A DNA stretch of 64,000 nucleotides from an uncultured virus (IMG/VR IMGVR_UViG_3300046007_006189) (taxonomy: Duplodnaviria; Heunggongvirae; Uroviricota; Caudoviricetes): the IMG/VR virus record IMGVR_UViG_3300046007_006189, one strand, 5' to 3'. Positions 56,601-64,000 of this stretch are shown here, piece by piece. The stretch's first letter is position 1, and each line of letters starts with the position of its first letter. The position numbers were made by a program, and so were the translations under genes. The notes under the pieces are model-generated. The model was not told the DNA's origin, searched no databases, and was given only the letters and a program-made list of their open reading frames with translations.

Positions 56601-59600
56601 AGAAGCCAATGAAACTGTGTTTACGGGTAAAGTTATAGAAGTTCCGTTAATTACAGGTGAAGTAATTGTTGCGGTTGGTGCTGCATTTCTTTTTATGGTA
56701 TAAGATCTTGAGGCTCCAGTTGAATTTGGATCCCTTACTACTAAAGTAAATCCATATGTTCCACCTATTTGCGGATCTGTAAAAAATATATTAGTTTTTC
56801 CATCACTTGATGATGGAGTTATTATGTTTGGAGTTCCTGCCCCTGCGGGTCTTATTGCAGTACTTGCAATCCAACTAAAGGTGAAAGGCCCTGCGGGGTC
56901 GTTTACATCGTTTGCTGTTATATTAAATAAACTTGTATTAAATGATGTCGAAACTCCATCAAAATTTTGAACTAATGTTCTAGTCGTTTCTGTTATAGAT
57001 GGAGAAGAATTTGCAAATGCTAAGTTTTTTCCTGAAGATATTACAGTCTGACCTTCATCATCTGTTATTCTAAAAGAAAAAGTATATCCGCTAGCTGTTC
57101 CACTAGGAATTAATCTTGGTCCTAAAGTACAAGTTGAACTATATGTTGTTCCTGCGCCGCTTGTAGATGATATGGTTGGATTTGTAAATGATATATTTCC
57201 AGTATAAGTAGAAGGGAATGCATCACATGTAAATGTAGGTGAAGTTAATGAACCTCCATCTGGATCATTTGCAAAACCAGTAATACCAAAACTATAAGGA
57301 TTATTAAAATTTACATTATTAATTAGAATTGAAGGTAAAAATACTTGCGCCGTTGGGGCTTGATTATTTACTACAACATTTACTGAATTGGAAGTTACAG
57401 TTTGATAGTCATCAGATGCCTTTGCAACAAAAGAATATGTTCTTGGAGTCCCATTTGTATTTGGTATTAATCCAGATATTATTCTTGTCCATGTTGTTGG
57501 ACCATTTAAAACTGGTGTTACTGTATATTCACTATAACCATTGGTTTCCTCAATATTCAAAGAAGTAACATCGGAAGATGTTGTTGCAGTTAATGTAACA
57601 CTATTACTGGGTAGAGTTATATCGCTTGTAGAAGTAATAAGATTTACTGTCGGCGGAGCATCAGATATTAATTGAATTTGAACTGTGTCTTCCGAAGAAG
57701 TATTTCCATTATTATCAGTTATTGTTAAACCAAATACATACACTCCAAAAGTAGAAATATTGACTACTGTATTTTGAGAAATTGGAGGAACTAAAGATGC
57801 AGCATTTCCGGGATTTGTAATTATTCTCCAAGAATATGCAGAAATAGAACCACCAGATTGATCTGTTCCTGAACCAGTTAAATTAAATTGTTTTGGCCAA
57901 GAAGTATTTGCTGCATATGTGTATGATTGATCGTTTCCTGCATTTGCAATTGGATTTGGATCAGTCACATTTAATGTTAATGTACTGGTTGATGTTGAAC
58001 CAGAGGCATCTGTTACTGAAACGGTAGCAACATGTGTTCCGCCTTTGTTCAATCCAGAAAGAATAGTTGTTCCGCTTGTAGAATTGTTTGGTGTAAATGT
58101 ATATGTTGTACTCGGCCCGCTCAAACTCCAATTATATGTAAATGTGGATTGATCTGGATCAGTCGCAACTGCTGTTATTGATTGTGATGTTATTGGTAAT
58201 GTTAATGATGTTGGATTAGCCGGGGATGTTATTTGAACTGTTGGACCAGTATTGACAACAAAAAATGTATATGTGCTGTCAGTGAATGCAGTACAAGTAT
58301 CAGTTGCTCTGACTTTAAAAGAAAATCCATTTGTTACACTTACAAAGTCAGCAGCAGTTTTAGTTGGATCTTTATTTAAGAAAATACTAAAAGTATTATT
58401 TGCTGAATTGAAAGAATTAACACCACGGGTAAAATATCCCGTTGGTTGTAAAGACCCAAGAACAAATGCAATATTTGATATGCCATTAGAATCTGCTGCA
58501 CTGAAATCAAATGGTCCTATAGTCGCAGGAAGTGGATTTGAAAAATTTATAGAAGTCGGATTTGTTATTACTGGTGGATTATTAATTTCTTGTGTTACAC
58601 TAATGAAAACATCTTTTGTTACACTTTGAGAAATAGTAGAATCTGAAGTGTTTGCAAAACCCTGTTCAGTCACTGATACTTTAAATACATAAGTACCAGC
58701 ACCAGTAATGTTAAAAATTGAAGTTATTGTATTATTTTGTGTACTAGTAGAGACAAATTGAGCATTTATTCCTGCTGTTGATTGGATAGCATCAAATTGT
58801 ATTTGTGTGATTAATTGATTTACTGGCGTTAAATCGTCAGTTACATTTGCTACAATTGCAATATTTTTTCCAGTAATTAGTTCAGAACAACTAGCAGATA
58901 TGGAAGTTTGTGTCTGGGTAGTGTCAATTACTGGTAATTCATTTCTAACAATTTGAAAAGTTTTAGTTAAAACTGTACTTTGTTGTCCTTCGTTGTCTAT
59001 TGAATAATGGGAAAGATTAAATGTTCCTGTTCTTGCAAATGTCAAAGTAGGAGTAGAAGAATTAGCATTTGTAATAACAACACCACCAGCAGGAGAACAT
59101 GTTGTATTATACGAAACAATAGACCCGCCATCTGGGTCTGTTGCGTTTAAATTACAATTTAGTATAAAATTAGATCTTAAATTTGTTGTTAGAGTACCAT
59201 CAGAAAGGACTTCAGTAAATCGATATATTGGTGCGTCAATTGTAGGAGAATAGGTTGCAGATATTGTTGGTATTTGTGATACAACAGTTATTTTTGTACT
59301 CTTTGTTGTTTCGTTACCAAGAGAATCTTTGACATATAATGTTGCATAGTATATTTTATCTGTCAATCCACCCGGTCTACCACCCGCCACGTTATATGAT
59401 GAAGTAGATGACAATAATGAAGCATATGGAATCTCTGTGTCTATAATACCATCTACTGTGTCTTTAGTGAGAACCCATTTAAATTCAAGTGCATCGTTTT
59501 CTGGATCCGATATTCCACTTGCAAAAACTGTAAAACTTGTATCTGGATTTACATTAAAATCCGAACTTATTGTTGTGATTATTGGCGCACCACTACGATT

Positions 59601-62387
59601 TATTATAATCGAAATGGTTGCCTGCGCTGTTGCTCCAGATGGATCCGTGACCGTGCATCTAAATTGATATGTACCTGTATTTCTCAGATTTACTGTTATA
59701 GATGAAGTAGTTGGATCGGTTATTGAGTTTACTGTACCCGAAATAACAGCCCAATTATATGTTAAAGTTTCATCATCGATTGCGGTTATACTAAGAGTTC
59801 TTGTAATATTTACTGCTTCTGTTGCATTTACAGTAATTGTTTCATCTGGTGTTTGTGATGTAATTACTGGATTATTATTTGTTACTATGAATGATACTTC
59901 TTTTGTAACTGTATTGAATGCATCAAAAGGATCTTGTTGTAAAGTAAATCTTGCTTTATAAGTACCAACCATAGTAGATGGTATTATTTTTTGAATATTT
60001 GCAACACCAGATAGTGGTGGAAGATTTTCATATTCCGTAGAGGTTATAGAAGAATCAGGATAAATCGTATCCCACTTATATTTTAAATTTCCTTGATTTG
60101 CATCTATTTGTGCCTTTGCTGTAAATGAAGTTCCAACATTTCCAGATGCGGGTGTTACTGTTAATGTGAATGTTGGTAATAAATCTCTTGTAAAGGCCAG
60201 AACAGTATTTCTTGTTGAAGTCTGACCTTCATCATCAGTTACTGTGCATTTTACTGTAATAAAGAAAGAATTTACTTCATCCGAGGGAGCATCTACAGAA
60301 AGTTTAACAGAAGATTCTGTAATTGGTGTTATGGTTGTTTGAGAGTTTCCTGTATTTGTTAATACTTCAAATTGATATGTTACATCTCCACCATCTGGAT
60401 CATATGCTTGGGCAGCAATTGTTCTTTCAATTGTGGTTGGTAGAGATTGTAGCGTTATTACATCTGGAAATTCTGTTAAGGATTCAATAACCGGATTTTG
60501 TGTTTGTATGTTCAAAGATACTGATTTTGTTGTTACATTATTTCCAGTATCTTTGAGTGACACTATTATTTCATAACTTGTAGTTTCTGTACCAAATTGT
60601 TGCAATGCTTGTGTTGTATATGATGTAAGTTGTAAATTTGGTAAAGAAACAAATTCAGTTCTATAAACTTCTGTAGTAGATGGTTGTAATCTATTTACTA
60701 TGACTCTATATGTAAGTGCATTATTTTCTGGATCAGATGCATTTAGAATATTAATCGTTGCAGTTTCATTCGGCAACACAGTTGGTGTCGTTAATACTAA
60801 ATCAAAAACCGGAGGATTGTTTACTGGGGGTGTGTCTGTGCCACCAACACATCTGCAATTTACATTCTCGCATCGCTCTTCTTCACCCATAAAAATGCCA
60901 TCATATTCGGCACTTTTGCATTCTGCTGGAGTCAAATCATCAAAGCAAAGAAGATCTTTAGCAGCACATGCACAGCAAGCACCTCTTCCTATATTCTTCT
61001 CGCAGCAATTTGTAGTAGAACAATCTCCGCCTGTAAATGATCTACCGCCCAAAATCAACTCACATTGTATTCTGGAAAGTTGATCACCTATACAGTTTCC
61101 ATCTTTACAGCATGACAATTTTTCAGTTTCACATGGGTCAAAGCACAAACGACCTTCTGTTATAACGCTTTCATAATTTTTTCCACTAGAATTGTTTGGA
61201 TAGGTTCCACAAGCAATGCCAGAATAGAAATTTCCACCAAAGAAAGAACATTCTTCTACACTTACATTTTCTATGCATTGTCCGTTTGAACAACAAAGAC
61301 CCAATTCAGTACCACATGATTCTACACAAGAAACAAGAGGAGAGAATCTACCACCCAATAAATCACATTGATCTTTTGTAGAATAATCTAAACAATTTAA
61401 TGTATTTTCTGGATATTTGGTATAGCAGCAAGAACCAGTTGAAAGTGCAGGAACGCAAGATTCTATATTGGCAAAGGTATCCCTATTTGTATAGGTTAAA
61501 TCTATTCCTCTTTGAGAAACTACTGCATACCAGTTGTTTCCTGCGTCAAAAGAAAATAGATTGACTATGCTTTTACCACAAGTAAAGTAGTTTTCATTCT
61601 CTTCAAAATAAACATTTTCTGGGAACTTCCAGATATCATCAGAAGTAAATAGAACGGTTGCAGTTATAATTTCATTTTGTTTAAATGAACCAGTAAATCC
61701 TGCAATGCCAATTGGTGTTTGTAGAACGTAAAAACCACCATTCTCTAGATCAATATAAATTCCACCAGTTGTTCCTATGGTAAAATTTTCTAGTTCTCCA
61801 TTGACACCAACATATTGATTTTTCTTAACCGGCCCTACTCTTTTTGTATAAGCAGAATCGTTCAAAAAGAATTGGTTCTGGAAGTTCATATTTCCAGTAC
61901 CGTCTAGTTTGACCCGCGTACTTGATGCCAGATTAGATCCCTTTAGATACATTAAAGTATCTGCGGACAATCCGAGCGAGTACAAATTTCCCACCGTAGA
62001 TGTGTAAGTCGTATCAATTAATAAATTGTTATTCGTTGTAGTGACAACAAGAGAACCAACACCACTGATACCTTTGATATTTAATTGACCTTCAGAAGAA
62101 GATCCGACTATAGAAATACCCTCACCTACAGATTCTGGTATTTCAGTATTACCATATCCGGTCGTTCCGCGAAATGTTCCTTTTATTTCAGAAGTCACTC
62201 CGTCAGAAAATGTTAATACTACTCCGGTGGTTATTCCTTGAATAGAAATTACATATTTACCATATGTACCTGTTGCTCCAGTAGCACCTGTTGTGCCAGT
62301 AGCACCAGTAGCACCAGTTCGTCCTATAGGACCAGTGGGGCCATCCGGGCCTAGCATTTTGATTGATGAAATTGAGCTACTATACAT
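53667..62387 (-). CDS. Giant (2906 aa) putative virion fibre/adhesin with a short collagen segment, GxCC Cys-rich repeats and ~18 PKD/Ig-like domains
   Basis: N-terminal [28 protein letters not shown] and GACC repeats; tandem N.PP...DPDG..L.Y.W...G.Y.F...VTD units. Confidence 0.8.
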   Translation of the reverse strand: MYSSSISSIKMLGPDGPTGPIGRTGATGATGTTGATGATGTYGKYVISIQGITTGVVLTFSDGVTSEIKGTFRGTTGYGNTEIPESVGEGISIVGSSSEGQLNIKGISGVGSLVVTTTNNNLLIDTTYTSTVGNLYSLGLSADTLMYLKGSNLASSTRVKLDGTGNMNFQNQFFLNDSAYTKRVGPVKKNQYVGVNGELENFTIGTTGGIYIDLENGGFYVLQTPIGIAGFTGSFKQNEIITATVLFTSDDIWKFPENVYFEENENYFTCGKSIVNLFSFDAGNNWYAVVSQRGIDLTYTNRDTFANIESCVPALSTGSCCYTKYPENTLNCLDYSTKDQCDLLGGRFSPLVSCVESCGTELGLCCSNGQCIENVSVEECSFFGGNFYSGIACGTYPNNSSGKNYESVITEGRLCFDPCETEKLSCCKDGNCIGDQLSRIQCELILGGRSFTGGDCSTTNCCEKNIGRGACCACAAKDLLCFDDLTPAECKSAEYDGIFMGEEERCENVNCRCVGGTDTPPVNNPPVFDLVLTTPTVLPNETATINILNASDPENNALTYRVIVNRLQPSTTEVYRTEFVSLPNLQLTSYTTQALQQFGTETTSYEIIVSLKDTGNNVTTKSVSLNIQTQNPVIESLTEFPDVITLQSLPTTIERTIAAQAYDPDGGDVTYQFEVLTNTGNSQTTITPITESSVKLSVDAPSDEVNSFFITVKCTVTDDEGQTSTRNTVLAFTRDLLPTFTLTVTPASGNVGTSFTAKAQIDANQGNLKYKWDTIYPDSSITSTEYENLPPLSGVANIQKIIPSTMVGTYKARFTLQQDPFDAFNTVTKEVSFIVTNNNPVITSQTPDETITVNATEAVNITRTLSITAIDDETLTYNWAVISGTVNSITDPTTSSITVNLRNTGTYQFRCTVTDPSGATAQATISIIINRSGAPIITTISSDFNVNPDTSFTVFASGISDPENDALEFKWVLTKDTVDGIIDTEIPYASLLSSTSSYNVAGGRPGGLTDKIYYATLYVKDSLGNETTKSTKITVVSQIPTISATYSPTIDAPIYRFTEVLSDGTLTTNLRSNFILNCNLNATDPDGGSIVSYNTTCSPAGGVVITNANSSTPTLTFARTGTFNLSHYSIDNEGQQSTVLTKTFQIVRNELPVIDTTQTQTSISASCSELITGKNIAIVANVTDDLTPVNQLITQIQFDAIQSTAGINAQFVSTSTQNNTITSIFNITGAGTYVFKVSVTEQGFANTSDSTISQSVTKDVFISVTQEINNPPVITNPTSINFSNPLPATIGPFDFSAADSNGISNIAFVLGSLQPTGYFTRGVNSFNSANNTFSIFLNKDPTKTAADFVSVTNGFSFKVRATDTCTAFTDSTYTFFVVNTGPTVQITSPANPTSLTLPITSQSITAVATDPDQSTFTYNWSLSGPSTTYTFTPNNSTSGTTILSGLNKGGTHVATVSVTDASGSTSTSTLTLNVTDPNPIANAGNDQSYTYAANTSWPKQFNLTGSGTDQSGGSISAYSWRIITNPGNAASLVPPISQNTVVNISTFGVYVFGLTITDNNGNTSSEDTVQIQLISDAPPTVNLITSTSDITLPSNSVTLTATTSSDVTSLNIEETNGYSEYTVTPVLNGPTTWTRIISGLIPNTNGTPRTYSFVAKASDDYQTVTSNSVNVVVNNQAPTAQVFLPSILINNVNFNNPYSFGITGFANDPDGGSLTSPTFTCDAFPSTYTGNISFTNPTISSTSGAGTTYSSTCTLGPRLIPSGTASGYTFSFRITDDEGQTVISSGKNLAFANSSPSITETTRTLVQNFDGVSTSFNTSLFNITANDVNDPAGPFTFSWIASTAIRPAGAGTPNIITPSSSDGKTNIFFTDPQIGGTYGFTLVVRDPNSTGASRSYTIKRNAAPTATITSPVINGTSITLPVNTVSLASSASDSDGFISTYAWSITAKPNGSNASLNSTSVSNPTLTVDLAGSYTVQLIVTDNNGRQSTAVTRQITVNANPAPSINSFTATPTSVTISDGSAGTSLTVSATDPNSQPLTYSFSQTSPATPLATIVPGSGTSANTATVSGMTVPFSSSTTPSSRTYTFKVDVSDGTNTTSQTTNVVVNSSSPTINSLNNVTDTYRGSSQSITIGSGASVADPDGGSVTTEWSYVSGAGSTPTINSSTSLNTTVTGFSVAGTYTFRLRVTDNEGTYTEQNITVTLNAAITPTVAFTSTAAVVVANETTSYSGFSVRISNASTAGPCNLTFSISPPGPTIANTTYSNITNNALNYSTGIISNLTPGITYTISATATNPSTSATASTSPNPTLRRNALPSTPAISGSTTGSSGTKLTYTITGGSATDSDGSITNYLWSTTPSTSTISPNNTPTVGITFNADGLYTIKYTATDNDGGTSTSGNFTTTISTAVDVCALKNYARSGANSQAYNLIIPNDKIAGSSKTSTTSCSSSSALFTKFSSGGTDDYDYLGTKTSAISWKINPVQPTGNDDTGTKWPYSNFVLRRGNFATQNVDIIVESVGGWDSSDYHTLFRSNANKVARPFDLTFADVSSTFYFPNFTNRELYSNRFIQFMSDDYGFNAGGDFTLDLALGIPFIFKCSCWDATDKLVYTKWYDYVNQTGTQGFNLACPAGSTRQPRSLIVVRYRQPTPLSGAVTNNTVGANIINSTNCHSIDTTGAAVITTDITAYYVSIDNDVSRVGTTDTCKLGIGRYRLMKYELNFPANLKNDLSGELTTTNCESNDSVPGTCEGAANRYRPVPSGPTVNYQPLFNSDISYDRITNVPETCNTCTVNPGVLTGKMKERTWANRNETTKLGLVANTAWQPPEFICVADCENSSYQNGGVCISTMTGLCAPPPLNFVPEGVPPVINSSGNDNLVYIKIYNTEDPTQYECVPVLYDPDLIKQYELCES

Positions 62388-62396
62388 GGTATAAAG

Positions 62397-62404
62397 TATC
62401 TATA
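62397..62404 (-). promoter_or_regulatory. Variant late promoter TATAGATA
   Basis: Immediately after the upstream stop and 9 nt before the ATG of the giant gene. Confidence 0.4.
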
Positions 62405-64000
62405 TCAGCAAAGTTCATATGATGACATATCTGTTTCTGTAACTATAGGAACACAATCATAAGTTTCATCGATATTATATATTTTTACAAATGTTATTGG
62501 TGTATTAATTGTAGTAAATGGTGAAGATGTTGTTGGTGGTACTGGGGAACCAAAGTCTCCATTGCAAGATATTGTCATTCTTCCGGGCATTTTAATCGTA
62601 GGAACACCTTTGCCTGGAGAATTTGGATTATAAGGGCCACTTCCTGATGTGCCTGGGAACCAATCAGGATAAGTTGCTTCCTTTGTCCAACCGCCTGGCG
62701 CACATTTTGGGCATCCAGTTACATGCCATACTGGCGGTGATTCTTGTGGACTATCTGAAGTACCCGGATTTGGAAATGTTTTCGGTGTTTGAATTTCATC
62801 GTCATTGCCTCCGGGTACAGTTTTATCCCAATCTTTTATATACTGATTATAACATGGATCTTTCATAAACATACAAACAGTATCGCCCTGACAGAACATT
62901 CCACAAATACCATTTGCAAGACAATATCCTGTATTGTTTTCTTGTGCGGGTTTATCATCGGCGTTTATGACTCCACCATTATCTGGATTACCACAGCATT
63001 TACCATAATCAATATTTCCATTGCCACTTCCTTGGCCCTTTCCGCCACCTTCTCCGTTTTTATTTCCACCCTTACATCGGGGTTGTCCATTTGGGGCCAC
63101 TTCCCAGTCTGTACCATCCCCTCCTCCACCTGGTCCTTTATCTCCAGATGGTCCAAGATTTTTTTGTGATGGATCATTTAAACCTTTGCATGGGGGGTCT
63201 TTATATAGCGCACACGGAAAAGGAGTACAGTTAGCTCCAACCTTTTTTGGGCAATAGCATTCAAATTTTACATTACTATTTTTGCCTTTAAATATATCAA
63301 CAAAACTATCTGGTAGGTTTTCTGCATATTTGCACGGATCGGAACCAAAATTAAATGGACAGCTTAAATTAGTATTAGCATTATTCAATATCTGTGAACA
63401 ATCTTCACCAGGCACGGCACCGCTAAATGGACAACCTCCGTGGCCAGGACATAATGCGTCTTTTTCTTCATTCGTTCCAGATGTCATTGTTTTCTTAGCT
63501 TTACAGCAAACAAAGAATTTCATCATCTCTTCGTAGCAATCCATGCGACAAAGAACCTTACTGAAATCTGGACAGCCAGCATCAACTCCACAATTTGGCA
63601 TTATAGCAAACTGTGCGCCTTCCTCTTCACCTGCTGGAGTACCAGATGATGGTCCTCCAGCCGGTGGAGCTTGTTTTTTCCAGAAAGGAATATGTGAATC
63701 GTCCCCATTTTTACATGGTGAAACATATTTACCGTCTTTGAAGTGGTACGGATTCTTATGGCGATAGCAGCATCTGTTTGTGTAATTATCTGGATTTCCA
63801 AGATCGCCAGCTGGATTGGGCGAGCCGTCTGGATTTTTTAAAGGTCCAGTAGCACCACCATCTAATGGTTCATCTTTAATAATTTCTTTGCCCCAACCAG
63901 TATAGTTGCAACTTGGACATATATTTTTGGGTGGTCCCGTTTCGCCCGGGCCTGCACCTCCGCCTGATCCTGTACCCTGCCCACCACCTGTCTGTGTGCC
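62405..64000 (-). CDS. Cys/Gly/Pro-rich protein, partial (start lies beyond the right edge)
   Basis: The frame of the 62405-63601 ORF stays open to 64000 (GTQTGGGQGTGSGGG...NRCCYRH...AIMPNCG), so the track's start is internal. Confidence 0.8.
   Translation of the reverse strand, partial: GTQTGGGQGTGSGGGAGPGETGPPKNICPSCNYTGWGKEIIKDEPLDGGATGPLKNPDGSPNPAGDLGNPDNYTNRCCYRHKNPYHFKDGKYVSPCKNGDDSHIPFWKKQAPPAGGPSSGTPAGEEEGAQFAIMPNCGVDAGCPDFSKVLCRMDCYEEMMKFFVCCKAKKTMTSGTNEEKDALCPGHGGCPFSGAVPGEDCSQILNNANTNLSCPFNFGSDPCKYAENLPDSFVDIFKGKNSNVKFECYCPKKVGANCTPFPCALYKDPPCKGLNDPSQKNLGPSGDKGPGGGGDGTDWEVAPNGQPRCKGGNKNGEGGGKGQGSGNGNIDYGKCCGNPDNGGVINADDKPAQENNTGYCLANGICGMFCQGDTVCMFMKDPCYNQYIKDWDKTVPGGNDDEIQTPKTFPNPGTSDSPQESPPVWHVTGCPKCAPGGWTKEATYPDWFPGTSGSGPYNPNSPGKGVPTIKMPGRMTISCNGDFGSPVPPTTSSPFTTINTPITFVKIYNIDETYDCVPIVTETDMSSYELC

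Noticed and set aside
276..63767. Numerous plus-strand ORFs in the track (e.g. 1778-2341, 8100-8532, 39041-39544)
   Set aside because: All lie antisense to well-supported minus-strand genes and are shadows of repeats or codon bias, with no recognisable motifs
63601..63801. 66-aa ORF as a separate gene, and ATG 63601 as the start of the Cys-rich gene
   Set aside because: The 62405 frame stays open to the window edge; the short ORF is an out-of-frame overlap
1..64000. Stop-codon reassignment (alternative genetic code)
   Set aside because: Core genes are full length in the standard code, and TAA, TGA and TAG all terminate genes at expected positions
1..64000. tRNA, rRNA or integrase genes
   Set aside because: Intergenic gaps are very short and no cloverleaf or recombinase motif was recognised by eye; a tRNAscan/Infernal run would be needed to exclude small RNAs

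Overview
This is a 64-kb segment of a large T4-like (myovirus) phage genome. Essentially all genes are on the minus strand and read in the standard genetic code. In transcription order (right to left) it carries five blocks. (1) Giant Cys-rich and Ig/PKD-repeat putative virion proteins (51.6-64 kb). (2) The T4-type neck, packaging, tail and head core: g13-14-15-16-17-18-19-20-[67/68-like]-21-[insert]-22-23-3. (3) uvsY-uvsW, a pair of divergent promoters, then a coupled operon g55-g47-[SET-domain lysine methyltransferase]-g46-[PLP enzyme]-[DNA amino-methyltransferase], followed by rnh-g45-g44-g62-regA. (4) A ~15-kb, 16-gene glycan biosynthesis island where T4 has g43. It holds GT10, GT10-GT2, GT17, GT2-TPR, DUF5672, several methyltransferases, an NDP-hexose C-methyltransferase, a GDP-mannose 3,5-epimerase-like enzyme and HldC/HldA-like enzymes. 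(5) Gly-X-Thr collagen-like and Ser/Thr-rich fibre genes directly downstream. The best candidates for new biology are a phage-encoded fibre/virion glycosylation system resembling the BclA/SgtA arrangement, a PLP-enzyme plus DNA-MTase pair that may make a hypermodified base, a SET-domain protein embedded between g47 and g46, and giant GxCC-repeat proteins sharing a C-terminal tag. The regulatory architecture is also notable: leaderless promoters, a 4-codon uORF coupled to g55, an SD-sequestering late-promoter hairpin and an antisense promoter next to a palindrome cluster. All calls come from motif recognition only; no database searches were run.
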